Source: Deferrisomatales bacterium (GTDB lineage: Bacteria > Desulfobacterota > Deferrisomatia > Deferrisomatales > JACRMM01). From it: 64,000 nucleotides of DNA. The stretch lies in assembly GCA_033551855.1 (NCBI GenBank), contig JAWSUI010000013.1:1-64000 (forward strand), given 5' to 3'. The position numbers were made by a program, and so were the translations under genes. Positions 41,217 to 51,719 of the stretch are shown here, one piece after another. Under the pieces are notes generated by a model. That model did no database searches. It was given only the letters and a program-made list of their open reading frames with translations, and was not told the DNA's origin. Positions within the stretch are counted from its first letter, which is position 1. Every line of letters begins with the position of its first letter.

Positions 41217-41854
41217 GCGGACTCTCCCAGTCGGTCCCGAAAGGCTCGGATCAGCCCCGCAATGGCCGCGGTTCGGGTCTTCATGCTCGCCCGGTTCACC
41301 ACCAGGCGGCACGTGGACTCCAGGATGGTCTCCACTTCCACCAAGCCGTTCTGGCGCAGGGTCTCCCCCGTGCTCACGAGGTCCACGATCTGCTCGGACA
41401 GCCCCACCAGGGGGGCAAGCTCGATGGAGCCGTAGAGCTTGATGATCTCCACCTGGATGCCCTTGACCCGAAAATGGGCCTCTGCCAGGCGGGGGTACTT
41501 GGTCGCAACCCGCACCCGCGACCACGCGCCGGCCCCCCGGCACGACGCCCCGGCGGGTTCGGCCACCACGAGGCGGCAGTACCCGAAGCCCAGGTCCAGG
41601 GGCTCGTAGACTTCGGGTTCCTGCTCCAGGAGCACGTCCTTGCCGGCGACACCCAGGTCCGCCGCCCCGTGCTCCACATAGGTGGCCACGTCCTGGCTGC
41701 GCACCACGAGGAACCGGTAGCCGGGGACGTCGAAGACGAGGCGCCGGGAGTCGTCCAAGACGTGGGTACAGGGGACCCCGCAGCCCTCCAGCAGAGCCAG
41801 GGTATCGCGCAAGATCCTGCCTTTCGGCAGGGCGAGAGTCAAGCGATCGGCCAT
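41213..41854 (-). CDS. hisG: ATP phosphoribosyltransferase, short form
   Basis: LALPKGR, RVATKYP, GSIELAP..GL...IVDLVSTG.TL; about 213 aa. Confidence 0.95.
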   Translation of the reverse strand: MADRLTLALPKGRILRDTLALLEGCGVPCTHVLDDSRRLVFDVPGYRFLVVRSQDVATYVEHGAADLGVAGKDVLLEQEPEVYEPLDLGFGYCRLVVAEPAGASCRGAGAWSRVRVATKYPRLAEAHFRVKGIQVEIIKLYGSIELAPLVGLSEQIVDLVSTGETLRQNGLVEVETILESTCRLVVNRASMKTRTAAIAGLIRAFRDRLGESA

Positions 41855-42058
41855 GTCGGGATTCTCCACCTGGGCAAGAAGGCCCCCCCACGTCCACCAG
41901 CAGCCTTCAGGTGGGGTCGGGACGCTCCGGGGTGCCGCCGCGAGCCGCATCGACCGAAGCAGGGAACCGGGGGAAACCGGTGCCCCTCGGCACCCGGGCA
42001 CCCTCGGCGACAAACCTTCGAAAGGCAACAGACCTGGCCGCGCAGCGTAGGGGCTCGT

Positions 42059-43315
42059 TCACTCCTGAATCCGCCGGATGCGGGCACCCAGGCCCGAGAG
42101 CTTCGTCTCCAGGGACTCGTAGCCCCTGTCCAGATGGTAAACCCGGGAGACCACGGTGGTGCCCCGGGCCACCAGGCCCGCCAGCACCAACGCAGCACTG
42201 GCCCGCAGATCGGTGGCCATGACCCGAGCCCCCGAGAGCCGCTTGACCCCCCGGACCACAGCGCTCGCACCCTCGGCGGTGATGTCCGCCCCCATCCGGT
42301 TCAGCTCGGGCACGTGCATGAAGCGATTCTCGAAAACCTTCTCCGTGATGACCGAGAGGCCCCGCCCCGAAGCCATGAGGGCCATGAACTGGGCCTGCAT
42401 GTCCGTGGGGAAGCCCGGGTACGGGCTGGTGCGCACGTCGACGCTGCGGGCCGGAGGACGGCCCCTGAGCGCGATCCCGCCGGCCCCACAGCCCTCCACC
42501 TCCGCCCCCGCTTCCCGCAGCTTGAACGCCAGGGCATCCAGGTGGTCGAGCCGTGCACCCTGCACGGTCACCTCGCCCCCGCACAGGGCGGCAGCCGTGA
42601 GCAGCGTCCCCGCCTCGATGCGGTCCGGGATGGGCTCGTGGTCGAAGGGTCTCAGCTCCTCGACCCCCTCGATCTCAAGAAGGTCCGACCCGGCCCCCCG
42701 GACCCGGGCGCCCATCTGCTGCAAGCACTCCAGGAGGTCGACCACCTCCGGTTCCCGGGCCGCGTTCTCGATCACCGTGGTACCCCTGGCCAGGGCTGCC
42801 GCCATGGCGAGATTCTCCGTCCCGGTGACGGTCGGCAGGTCCAAGACGATCCGGCCGCCCACCAGACGGTCCGCCTCCACCTCCACGTATCCGTGCTCCA
42901 GGCGAACCGTGGCACCCAGGGCCTCGAGCCCCTTCAAGTGGAGGTTGATGGGCCGCGCGCCGATGGCACAGCCCCCGGGCAGGCTCACCCTGGCCCTCCC
43001 GAAACGGGCCACCAGGGGACCCAGAACGAGCACCGATGCCCGCATGGTCTTGACCAGGTCGTAGGGCGCGTCCCTCCCGGCCAACTCGGAGGCGTCTACC
43101 GCGAGCCCCCCTTTCTCCGAGGTGACACGGGCCCCCAGGTGCCCCAGCAGGCGACTGAGGGTACGCACATCGGCCAGGGCAGGGACGCGGGGAAGCCGGC
43201 TCGTCCCCGGGGCCAGCAGGGCTGCCGCCATCAGCGGCAGGACCGCGTTCTTCGCCGGGCTGACCGCCACCCCCCCATTGAGGGGCACTCCGCCTTCCAG
43301 GACGAGGGCATCCAT
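42059..43315 (-). CDS. murA: UDP-N-acetylglucosamine 1-carboxyvinyltransferase
   Basis: [45 protein letters not shown]. Confidence 0.97.
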   Translation of the reverse strand: MDALVLEGGVPLNGGVAVSPAKNAVLPLMAAALLAPGTSRLPRVPALADVRTLSRLLGHLGARVTSEKGGLAVDASELAGRDAPYDLVKTMRASVLVLGPLVARFGRARVSLPGGCAIGARPINLHLKGLEALGATVRLEHGYVEVEADRLVGGRIVLDLPTVTGTENLAMAAALARGTTVIENAAREPEVVDLLECLQQMGARVRGAGSDLLEIEGVEELRPFDHEPIPDRIEAGTLLTAAALCGGEVTVQGARLDHLDALAFKLREAGAEVEGCGAGGIALRGRPPARSVDVRTSPYPGFPTDMQAQFMALMASGRGLSVITEKVFENRFMHVPELNRMGADITAEGASAVVRGVKRLSGARVMATDLRASAALVLAGLVARGTTVVSRVYHLDRGYESLETKLSGLGARIRRIQE

Positions 43316-43362
43316 GGGCCTCTATCCTCTTCTCGACACGGGTGCCCCCCGAAGCCGTCCCC

Positions 43363-44217
43363 TCACGTACCGCGCCTCACAGCAAGGGCGACCCGGGGCC
43401 GACCCGCGGGGTCGAGAACGATTGCCGGTTCCTCGTAGCTGCCTTCCCCCTGGATCAGCCCGATGACCTCGCCTTCCTGGCCGGTGCCGAACTCCAGGGC
43501 GAGGAATCCCCCCCCCGCGAGATGGGCGGGCGCCTGCTCGACGATCCGCCGGATGACCCCGAGGCCGTCGTCCCCTCCGTCCAGGGCGAGCCTGGGGTCG
43601 AAAATCGCGACCTCCGCCTCCAGCCCCGGGATTTCCGCCGAGGGAATGTAGGGGGGGTTCGAGACGACCGCGTCGAAGAGGTCTCCGGCCAGGGGTTCGA
43701 AGAGATCACCTGAGCGCAGGTCCAGGCGCAGGCCGAGGCCGCTGTGCGCGACGTTCGCCTGGGCCACCTCGAGAGCGCTCTCCGACAGGTCCACCCCCAC
43801 GCCGCTCCAACCGGGTCTCTCCCGCAGGAGAGCGACGGCCACCGCCCCCGACCCGGTCCCCAGATCCGCCAAGCGGCCCGCTTCCCCCATGCGGCCCAGG
43901 GCCGCCGCCACCAGGGTCTCCGTCTCCGGGCGCGGAACGAGAACCCGCCCGTCCACGAGGAAAGGAAGCGACCAGAACTCCCGGACCCCGGTGATGTGGG
44001 CCACCGGCTCCCTCCGGGCCCTGCGGCGCACGGCCTCCCGATACGCGTCCACCTCTGCCGATGCGAGGGGGCGGTCGAACTGGAGGTAGAGCTGAATCCG
44101 AGTCACCCCGAGCACGTGGGCCAGGAGCACCTCGGCATCCAGGCGGGGGCTCTCGAACCCCCTGTCGCCCAGGTACCGGGCGGTGCGCCGCACCAGTTCG
44201 AGGGGGAGGTGCTCCAC
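43363..44217 (-). CDS. prmC: Release factor glutamine methyltransferase
   Basis: VLVPRPETE, DLGTGSG, SNPPY. Confidence 0.95.
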   Translation of the reverse strand: MEHLPLELVRRTARYLGDRGFESPRLDAEVLLAHVLGVTRIQLYLQFDRPLASAEVDAYREAVRRRARREPVAHITGVREFWSLPFLVDGRVLVPRPETETLVAAALGRMGEAGRLADLGTGSGAVAVALLRERPGWSGVGVDLSESALEVAQANVAHSGLGLRLDLRSGDLFEPLAGDLFDAVVSNPPYIPSAEIPGLEAEVAIFDPRLALDGGDDGLGVIRRIVEQAPAHLAGGGFLALEFGTGQEGEVIGLIQGEGSYEEPAIVLDPAGRPRVALAVRRGT

Positions 44218-44220
44218 CCC

Positions 44221-45288
44221 TCAGCCCTCCCCGCGGGCCAAGGCCTCTGCCTGGGCCTCGGCCGACAGGGCCTCGACCAGGGGATCCAGGTCGCCCTCCA
44301 GGATACCCTCCAACCGGTGCAGGGTCAGATTGATCCTATGGTCCGTGACACGGTTCTGGGGGAAGTTGTATGTGCGGATCCGCTCGCTCCGGTCCCCGCT
44401 GCCCACTAGGGTTCGGCGTTCATCGCTGCGCTCACGGTCTGCCGCCTGCTGGGCGGCCTCGAACAGCCTCGCCCTGAGGATCTTGAGCGCCCGCGCGCGG
44501 TTCTTGTGCTGGGATTTCTCGTCCTGGCAGCTCACCACGATACCCGTGGGGAGGTGGGTCAGGCGCACTGCCGACTCGGTCTTGTTCACGTGCTGGCCAC
44601 CCGCCCCTCCCGCGCGGAACACGTCCATCTTTAGGTCCTCCGGCCGCACGTCCACATCCACTTCGTCGGCCTCCGGGAGCACCGCCACCGTGACCGCCGA
44701 GGTATGGATGCGCCCCCCGGCTTCGGTCTCCGGCACCCGCTGGACCCGGTGGGCACCACTCTCGAACTTGAGGCGGCCGTAAACCCGATCCCCCCGCAAG
44801 AGCGCGACCACCTCTTTGAGCCCGCCGATCCCGGTGGGATTGGCGCTCAGCTCTTCCACCGTCCAGCCCTTCCGTTCCGCGTACCGGCAGTACATGCGGA
44901 AGAGGTCCGCGGCGAAGAGAGCCGCCTCCTCTCCCCCGGTGCCGGCACGCACTTCCAGGATCACGTCCTTCTCGTCCAGCGGATCCTTCGGGAGGAGGAG
45001 GGTCTTGAGTCGGGAGGTGGACTCGGACAGAAGCGAGTCGGCCTCCGCCAGATCCTCCCGGGCCAGCTCGCGAAGCTCGGAGTCGGCCAGGAGCGCCTGG
45101 GCCTGCTCCACTCGGGCCAGGAGACCCCGATACCTTCGGACTTCCTCGGCCAACTCCTGGAGCTCCGCGTGCTCTCGGGTCAGGCGACGGTACGCCTCCA
45201 GGTCCGAGAGGGCTCCCGGGTCGGAGAGCTCTCGGTTGAGCCTCTCGAAGCGGTCCTCCACCTGGGCAAGCTTGGCCGTGAGATCCAA
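44221..45288 (-). CDS. prfA: Peptide chain release factor 1
   Basis: [22 protein letters not shown] (PxT), [17 protein letters not shown]. Confidence 0.97.
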   Translation of the reverse strand: MDLTAKLAQVEDRFERLNRELSDPGALSDLEAYRRLTREHAELQELAEEVRRYRGLLARVEQAQALLADSELRELAREDLAEADSLLSESTSRLKTLLLPKDPLDEKDVILEVRAGTGGEEAALFAADLFRMYCRYAERKGWTVEELSANPTGIGGLKEVVALLRGDRVYGRLKFESGAHRVQRVPETEAGGRIHTSAVTVAVLPEADEVDVDVRPEDLKMDVFRAGGAGGQHVNKTESAVRLTHLPTGIVVSCQDEKSQHKNRARALKILRARLFEAAQQAADRERSDERRTLVGSGDRSERIRTYNFPQNRVTDHRINLTLHRLEGILEGDLDPLVEALSAEAQAEALARGEG

Positions 45289-45311
45289 CGCGGCCTACCT
45301 GGGCGCTGCCT

Positions 45312-46007
45312 TCACAGCGCCTCTCCGAGCTCTCGCCGGACCTCTTCGGGTCGGCCGCAGGAGTAGGCGCCCTCGGGGCACCGCCCCGCAACGCATCCCG
45401 GTCCGGATGCCTCGAAGAGCCTCGGCGCGAGGGGGCGGACGGCCCGGAGCATTTCCAGGGCGAGGGCACGAATCTCCCACTGGGCCCTGCTGCACAGGCG
45501 GAGGGCGAAGAAGTGTCGGAGCTCGCGGGCGTTCATGGAAACCACGATCTTTGTCTCGCAGGCGTTGGGCAGGATGTAGCGGGCGTCCTCCGGGGCGACG
45601 CCCTCGTCCACCAGACGTGCATAGAATGCCCAGAGGTCCTGGAGCTTTTCGCGAAAAGCCGCCCCGTGGGACGGATCCCTCTCCACGGTCGGAGGGACCA
45701 CTGCCCGCACCTCCCGCAAGGTCACGTAGCGCTGGCTCTGCTGGGAGTAGGACGCGAGCCGGTGCCGCACCAGTTGGTGGGAGCAGGCGCGGCTGATCCC
45801 CTCGACCCCTACGACGAAATGGGCGTGCTCCAGCGCTGAGAGGTGCCCCATGGCTCGCAGCTTCGAGAGGAGAGCCCCCACCTCTCCGTCGCAGAGGTCT
45901 CGGTGCAGCTCCCCTATGCCGCGGGCGGAGTAACACAGCCGCGCCGCCAGGGCCACGGTGCGCTCCGGGTCCGGCGTGTGGCTGAGGACCCGGGCCGAGG
46001 GGCCCAT
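45312..46007 (-). CDS. thyX: Flavin-dependent thymidylate synthase
   Basis: ISRACSHQLVRHR.ASYSQQSQRY, ARYILP, AQWEIR. Confidence 0.95.
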   Translation of the reverse strand: MGPSARVLSHTPDPERTVALAARLCYSARGIGELHRDLCDGEVGALLSKLRAMGHLSALEHAHFVVGVEGISRACSHQLVRHRLASYSQQSQRYVTLREVRAVVPPTVERDPSHGAAFREKLQDLWAFYARLVDEGVAPEDARYILPNACETKIVVSMNARELRHFFALRLCSRAQWEIRALALEMLRAVRPLAPRLFEASGPGCVAGRCPEGAYSCGRPEEVRRELGEAL

Positions 46008-46013
46008 CGCGCT

Positions 46014-46217
46014 TTACTTCTGCTTTCCGTACTTGCGGAGGAAACGATCGACACGGCCCGCCGTGTCGAGCATCTTCTCCTTCCCCGTGTAGAACGGGTG
46101 GCACTCCGAGCAGATCTCGGTCTTGATGTCGGCCTTCGTGGACCGGGTCTCGAAGGTGTTGCCGCAGGTGCAGGTCACCACGGCTGTCGCGTACTTCGGG
46201 TGGATATCTTCCTTCAT
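46014..46217 (-). CDS. rpmE: 50S ribosomal protein L31 (Zn-ribbon form)
   Basis: MKEDIHPKY...CTCG...[10 protein letters not shown]...GRVDRF; GAGGAG RBS. Confidence 0.97.
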   Translation of the reverse strand: MKEDIHPKYATAVVTCTCGNTFETRSTKADIKTEICSECHPFYTGKEKMLDTAGRVDRFLRKYGKQK

Positions 46218-46629
46218 GGCGTCTCCTCGACAAGGCCTGGAGGGCTCAAAATGGCGAGAACGGTAGAAGATAGCACTGCCTGCCCGGCCAGGGCAAGATG
46301 CGCGAGGCCTGCGTGTGGAGAGCAGATGGTCTGTCCGTCTGGCGGATGGCGCAGTGCAGCGCAAGGGGCTGGCCCCGCGGTCTCCGGAGGCCGTGGCTCC
46401 GAGGCGCTCCGGAATCCGCCGCCGCCTTGCGGGGTGGGGTCCGGGAGCCCCGAAGAGCAGCCCCGTTCCGCATGCACCTACCCGACGAGGCCGGCGCAAT
46501 CGGGTGAAGCCCGGCGCACCGGGGCCTGCTGGCACACTCCTTCGAATTGCTGCGGATTGCGGGGCGAAACGCAGGGTCTCCCGGACTCCGCTTGCCACGC
46601 AAGCAGGGAGTCCTGGAAGAACGGCGCGT

Positions 46630-46665
46630 TTGACAACCGCGTTTGGTTGTGCATAAATAGAACAA
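46630..46665 (+). promoter_or_regulatory. Candidate rex promoter with overlapping Rex-like operator
   Basis: TTGACA at 46630-46635; AT-rich TTGTGCATAAATAGAACAA at 46647-46665 (imperfect, one base longer than TTGTGAA-N4-TTCACAA). Confidence 0.4.
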
Positions 46666-46695
46666 GCTTTCTGCGGCCCGAAGGAGGCCTTTGAC

Positions 46696-47334
46696 ATGCC
46701 CAAGCACCCCAAGGTCCCCGAGGCGACGATCAAGAGGCTGTCGATCTACATGCGGGTCTTGAAAGACCTGGAGAAGAAGGGCGTCAACGTCATCTCCAGT
46801 GCCGAGCTGGCGGAGATCTGCGGGGTCAACGCCGCGCAGATCCGCAAGGACCTGACCTACTTCGGCGAGTTCGGCATCCGCGGAGTGGGGTACTACGTGA
46901 AGGAGCTGCACTTCGACATCCGCAAGGTTCTCGGTCTCAACCAGAGACGGAACGTGGCGCTGGTCGGCGTGGGGAACCTGGGGCGGGCCCTGCTCACGTA
47001 CCGGAACTTCTCGGAACACGGGTACAACTTCGCAGCGGCCTTCGACGTGGACGCGGCGAAGATCGGAACCCTTCTGCCCGGCGGGATTCGCATCGAATCG
47101 ATGGATGACCTGCCCCGTGTGGCAGCCGAGAAGGAGATCGAGGTCGCCATCATCACCACGACTGCCGACGCCGCCCAGGCGGCGGCAGAGAAGGTCGTGG
47201 CCGCGGGAATCAAGGGCATCCTCAACTTCGCCCCGACCCAGCTGCACGTCCCCGAGGGAGTCAAGGTGAAGAAGGTCGACCTCACCACCGAGTTCGACAA
47301 CCTGGTGTACCACCTCTACTCCCGGTCTCGTTGA
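46696..47334 (+). CDS. rex: Redox-sensing transcriptional repressor Rex
   Basis: [42 protein letters not shown]. Confidence 0.96.
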   Translation: MPKHPKVPEATIKRLSIYMRVLKDLEKKGVNVISSAELAEICGVNAAQIRKDLTYFGEFGIRGVGYYVKELHFDIRKVLGLNQRRNVALVGVGNLGRALLTYRNFSEHGYNFAAAFDVDAAKIGTLLPGGIRIESMDDLPRVAAEKEIEVAIITTTADAAQAAAEKVVAAGIKGILNFAPTQLHVPEGVKVKKVDLTTEFDNLVYHLYSRSR

Positions 47335-47344
47335 GGCAGCATCG

Positions 47345-48562
47345 ATGACGCAGTGGGTCCTCGACAACCCCGAAGCCGTCTCCTCCGCAGAGATCGTCGT
47401 GGGGATCCCCTCGCGCAACGAGGCGGACGCCATCGCCTACCCGGTCGAGCAGGCCTCCCTGGGGCTCACCCGATTTTTCAGGGGGCGCAAGGCCGTCATC
47501 GTCAACTGCGACAACGCGAGCCCCGACGGGACCCGCGAGGCGTTCTTCGCCGCGCCCTGCGAAGTGCCGCGGCTCTACGTCTCCACTCCCCCGGGGGTCA
47601 CCGGGAAGGGGAACAACTTCAAGAACCTGTTTCGCCTCGTGCGAGACCTCGGGGCCCGCGCCGTGGTCGTGGTCGATGCGGATCTCAAGAGCATCACGCC
47701 GAAGTGGATCAAGCATCTCGGCGAGCCTCTCCTCGACGACTTCGGGTTCGTGGCGCCGCTGTACCTCCGCCACAAGTACGACGGCACCATCACCAACAAC
47801 ATCGCCTACCCTTTGACCCGAAGCCTTTACGGGCGAAGGGTCCGCCAGCCCATCGGCGGGGACTTCGGCTTCTCCGGGGACCTCGCGCGCACCTATCTCG
47901 AGCACCCCACGTGGAACGAGGACGTCGCGCACTTCGGGATCGACGTCTGGATGAGCACCCTGGCGATCTACCACCGCCAGCCGATCACCCAGGCGTTTCT
48001 GGGCCGGCCGAAGGTCCATCGGGCCAAGGATCCCGCTTCCGAGCTGGGCCCCATGTTCCGTCAGGTGGTGGGGACGATCTTCCACCTCATGGAGGCCCTG
48101 GGCTCTTTCTGGGGGGGAGTCCGCTGGAGCCGGCCCACGGCCATCTTCGGCTTCGGCCTCGGGGAGACGGAATTGCCCCCCCCGGTGAGCGTGGACCTCG
48201 AGGCCCTGTACACGCGGCTCCACGACGGCAAGACCGCGTATGCCGAGGTCTGGAAGGAAGCCCTGGCGCCGGTCACCCACGGGAAGCTACAGGAGGTCCT
48301 GGGTATGGACCTCGGGCACTTCGAGCTCCCCGCAGCCCTCTGGGCACAGGTGCTCTTCGACGTGGCGGTGGCATGTCGCGACCGGATTCTGCCCCGGGAT
48401 CACCTGGTCGATGCGCTGGCACCTCTGTACTTCGGCCGCACCCTGTCCTTCGTGCGGGCAACCGAGGGGATGGCGCCTTCCCAGGCGGAGGAATATGTGG
48501 AGGAACAGTGCCAGGCCTTCGAAGAGGCCAAGCCGTACCTGCTCGAGCGATGGGGCGGCTGA
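47345..48562 (+). CDS. GT-A glycosyltransferase (glucosyl-/mannosylglycerate synthase-like)
   Basis: GIPS.NE, GKG, VDADL, P.Y.RHKYDGTITN, RQPIGGDF, FGID.WM. Confidence 0.8.
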   Translation: MTQWVLDNPEAVSSAEIVVGIPSRNEADAIAYPVEQASLGLTRFFRGRKAVIVNCDNASPDGTREAFFAAPCEVPRLYVSTPPGVTGKGNNFKNLFRLVRDLGARAVVVVDADLKSITPKWIKHLGEPLLDDFGFVAPLYLRHKYDGTITNNIAYPLTRSLYGRRVRQPIGGDFGFSGDLARTYLEHPTWNEDVAHFGIDVWMSTLAIYHRQPITQAFLGRPKVHRAKDPASELGPMFRQVVGTIFHLMEALGSFWGGVRWSRPTAIFGFGLGETELPPPVSVDLEALYTRLHDGKTAYAEVWKEALAPVTHGKLQEVLGMDLGHFELPAALWAQVLFDVAVACRDRILPRDHLVDALAPLYFGRTLSFVRATEGMAPSQAEEYVEEQCQAFEEAKPYLLERWGG

Positions 48563-48630
48563 GTGGGATCCGGTCGCCGGGCAACCGGAGCCGCTTGCTG
48601 TGGCGGCTCCTGTGCCGAAAGGAGTAGCTC

Positions 48631-49002
48631 GTGGCTCGCATTCTGATCGTGGACGACGAAGAGCACATCCGCACCCTCTACACCCTCGAGCTCGAGGACG
48701 ACGGGCACTCCGTGGTGGCCTTGGCGTCCGGCAAGAACCTCGTGAGTGAGATCGAGCGTTTCCGGCCCGACGTGGTGGTCTTGGACATCAAGATGGTGGA
48801 CGTGAGCGGTCTCGACGTCCTCCAGGAGGTGCGCACCCGCTACTACGACCTCCCCGTCATCCTCTGCTCGGCCTACGGCTCGTACAAGGGAGACCTCAAG
48901 AGCATCGCCGCAGACTACTACGTGGTGAAGTCCTCCGACTTAACAGAGCTGAAGAAGCGCATCGCGGCAGCCCTGGAAGCCGGCATCCCCCCGGAGGGGT
49001 GA
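48631..49002 (+). CDS. Single-domain response regulator
   Basis: ILIVDDE, LDIKM, SAY, VVKS. Confidence 0.92.
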   Translation: MARILIVDDEEHIRTLYTLELEDDGHSVVALASGKNLVSEIERFRPDVVVLDIKMVDVSGLDVLQEVRTRYYDLPVILCSAYGSYKGDLKSIAADYYVVKSSDLTELKKRIAAALEAGIPPEG

Positions 49003-49120
49003 GCCCCGCCTGACCCCGCGGGGAAAGGGCGCCGGAGGCCTGAGGCCCTGGCGCCGCCCCGCCCCCGCCGGGATCCCGAACCCAGCTCCCCGCCGGATGG
49101 GGGACCTCCCGAGAGGCCGT

Positions 49121-49732
49121 ATGGTCAAGTACATCGCGGTCGCCGGGAACATGGGAAGCGGCAAGTCCACCCTGGTGGAGTTCCTTTGCCGGCGGTACCC
49201 CCACATCCGCCCGTTCTACGAGCGCAACGAGGAAAACCCCTACCTCGAGGACTTCTACCGGGACATGGGACGGTGGGCGTTCCACTCCCAGGTCTATTTT
49301 CTCACGCTCAAGTTTCGGACCCACCAGGAGCTCGACGCCTGCCCCCAGACCGTGATTCAGGACCGCACGATCTACGAGGACGCGGAGGTCTTCGCAGAGA
49401 ATCTCCACCGACGGGGATTCCTAGGGGGAAGGGACTACGAGGCCTACCGAAGGCTCTACGGGACCATCCTGCGAAGCATCGACCCGCCGGACCTGCTGAT
49501 CTACCTCAAGTCCGGCCTGCGCACCATCCGCAGGCGCGTCCGGCTGAGGGGGCGCGCCTGCGAGGGCGCCGTGGACTCGGCCTATCTCCGGGACCTCAAT
49601 CGCCTCTACGACCGCTGGCTCGCTACCTACGACCTTTCCCCCGTGCTCGTCCTCGACGCAGACCGCCTCGACTTCCTCAACGATCTGGTGGATCGGATCG
49701 AGATCCTGGAAACCATCGAGAGGCACCTGTGA
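49121..49732 (+). CDS. Deoxynucleoside kinase
   Basis: GNMGSGKST, QDRTIYED, PDLLIYL, RGR..E. Confidence 0.92.
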   Translation: MVKYIAVAGNMGSGKSTLVEFLCRRYPHIRPFYERNEENPYLEDFYRDMGRWAFHSQVYFLTLKFRTHQELDACPQTVIQDRTIYEDAEVFAENLHRRGFLGGRDYEAYRRLYGTILRSIDPPDLLIYLKSGLRTIRRRVRLRGRACEGAVDSAYLRDLNRLYDRWLATYDLSPVLVLDADRLDFLNDLVDRIEILETIERHL

Positions 49733-49760
49733 CGGACCGGCCAGCAGAGGGGTCCGGCCT

Positions 49761-51089
49761 TCAGGGCGGAGCCCCCGTCCATCGTCCCCTCCAAGCCTCC
49801 AACGCGGCCAAGGCCCGCCGGGCCTTCTCCTCCTTGACAGCCCGCTTGTCCCGGCTGCGCACTCCCAAGGCGGGCAGGAGTCCGAAGTTCATGTTCATGG
49901 GCTCGAAGGGCCGGGAGGGCGAGGCGGTGACATGGCCCACCAGGGCGCCCAATGCCGTCTCGGCAGGCAAGGGGTCCGGAGTGCGCCCCCCCAGCCGGAG
50001 GGCCAGGTTCAGGCCCGCCCAGAGGCCCATCCCCGCGCTCTCCAGATATCCCTCCACCCCGGTGATCTGCCCGGCGAGTTGCAGCCGCGGGCTGCGTCGC
50101 AGGCGCAGGTAACGGTCGAGGAGGCGGGGGCCGTCCACGTAGGTGTTGCGGTGCAGGCTGCCCAGGCGGTGAAAGCGGGCGTTGGCGAGGGCGGGGATGA
50201 GGCGGAAGACGCGCTCCTGCTCCGGGTGGGCGAGCTTGGTCTGGAACCCCACCAGGTTCCACCGTTCCCCGGCCGCGTCCTCCCGGCGCAGTTGGACCAC
50301 GGCGTAGGGGCGCAGGCCGGTGCGGGGGTCTTCGAGCCCCACCGGCTTCATGGGACCGAACAGGAGCGTCTTCGGGCCCTTCCCGGCCAGGGTCTCGATG
50401 GGTTGACAGGCCTGGAAGACCCTCTCCTCTTCGAAATCCCGCGTCGGGACCGTACGGGCGGTGACGAGCGCCTCGAAGAAACGGTCGAACTCCTCCCGGG
50501 TCAGCGGGCAGTTGAGATAGTCGTCTCCCCCCTTCCCGTAACGGGAGGCTGCGAAGACTGCCCCTCGGTCCACCGAGGCTCCCTCCACGATGGGGGCCAT
50601 GGCATCGTAGAAGTAGAGGGAATCGGTACCGGTGACTCGGCCGAGGGCGTTGGCGAGCCGCTCCGTGGTCAACGGTCCGGAGGCCAGGATCACGGGCCCG
50701 TCGGCGGGAATCTCGGTCACCTCCTGGCGGATGATCTCCACCAGGGGTTCCGCCTCGAGCCGGGCCGTGACGTCGCGGCTGAAGGCCTCTCGATCGACCG
50801 CCAGGGCCTGGCCGGCCGCCACCCGGACGGCGAGGGCCGACTCCAGGAGGACGGAGCCCAGCCGGGTCAACTCCTCCTGGAGCAGCCCGGAGGCCTGTCC
50901 CAGGCCCATCGCCTTGAAAGAGTTGGAACAGACCAACTCGGCGAGGGCACCGGTCCGGTGGGCGGGTCCGAAACGGAGCGGCCGCATCTCCACCAGGCGC
51001 ACGGCCATGCCGCAGCGCGCAAGCTGCCACGCGGCCTCGCACCCTGCCAGACCCCCGCCCACCACCGTGGCGGCCGGGCCCGTGCTCAT
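49761..51089 (-). CDS. trmFO: Folate/FAD-dependent tRNA m5U54 methyltransferase
   Basis: GGGLAGCEAA, AELVCSNS, FGPMKPVGL, HRNTY, AGQITGVEGY. Confidence 0.95.
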   Translation of the reverse strand: MSTGPAATVVGGGLAGCEAAWQLARCGMAVRLVEMRPLRFGPAHRTGALAELVCSNSFKAMGLGQASGLLQEELTRLGSVLLESALAVRVAAGQALAVDREAFSRDVTARLEAEPLVEIIRQEVTEIPADGPVILASGPLTTERLANALGRVTGTDSLYFYDAMAPIVEGASVDRGAVFAASRYGKGGDDYLNCPLTREEFDRFFEALVTARTVPTRDFEEERVFQACQPIETLAGKGPKTLLFGPMKPVGLEDPRTGLRPYAVVQLRREDAAGERWNLVGFQTKLAHPEQERVFRLIPALANARFHRLGSLHRNTYVDGPRLLDRYLRLRRSPRLQLAGQITGVEGYLESAGMGLWAGLNLALRLGGRTPDPLPAETALGALVGHVTASPSRPFEPMNMNFGLLPALGVRSRDKRAVKEEKARRALAALEAWRGRWTGAPP

Positions 51090-51160
51090 CCCCACGCGCT
51101 CGCCGTCCCGTCCGGGTCGCGCCGCGGCGAAGGGCCCCCGGAAGCCTTGGGATTCACCCG

Positions 51161-51715
51161 TCACAACTCCCCGGGACCGAACGGAAGGCCCCCGAAGATT
51201 TTCCGCTCCACCTTCCGGGTCGCCTCCCAGTTTTGTCGGATCCGCCCTTCCGCCTGGGGGTACCTCCCCCCGTACCTCACCACAAGATCCTCGAAGCGCT
51301 CCGCGAGGGAGACCACCTCATCGTGGCGAACGCGCTTGTCGCTGTAGTTGAGGACCTCGGCCTCGGTCACGGGGCCCCGGGGATCACACGGGCCGAGCTC
51401 GACGTGGCGTTCCACGAGGGCGGCCACGGCGAGGTAGCCCTCCCGCCGGAGCACCGCCCCGCCTTCCACCGCGTGGTCCCGATGGCTGGCGAGGCAATCC
51501 GCCTTGGCGATGTCGTGAAGCAGAGCTGCCGCCTCCAGCAGAGCGAGGTCGAGGTGCTCACCGTGGGATGCCAGGGCCCGGGCCAGTCGCAGTGCGACCC
51601 GCGACACCTGTTCGCTGTGCCGCCGGATGTGGGCCGGGACTCGGTGGAGATCGAGAAGCCGCTCGCACTCCGCCCGGTCGGGCACGGGACAGCGACCCTC
51701 CGGCCCGAAGGTCAC
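51161..51715 (-). CDS. HD-domain protein
   Basis: HIRRHS..V, ALLHDIAK, YSDKRV. Confidence 0.85.
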   Translation of the reverse strand: MTFGPEGRCPVPDRAECERLLDLHRVPAHIRRHSEQVSRVALRLARALASHGEHLDLALLEAAALLHDIAKADCLASHRDHAVEGGAVLRREGYLAVAALVERHVELGPCDPRGPVTEAEVLNYSDKRVRHDEVVSLAERFEDLVVRYGGRYPQAEGRIRQNWEATRKVERKIFGGLPFGPGEL

Positions 51716-51719
51716 CCGG

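Noticed and set aside
36575..41854. his cluster lacks hisC, hisI and hisZ
   Set aside because: Scattered his genes and short HisG with a remote hisZ are common; not unusual
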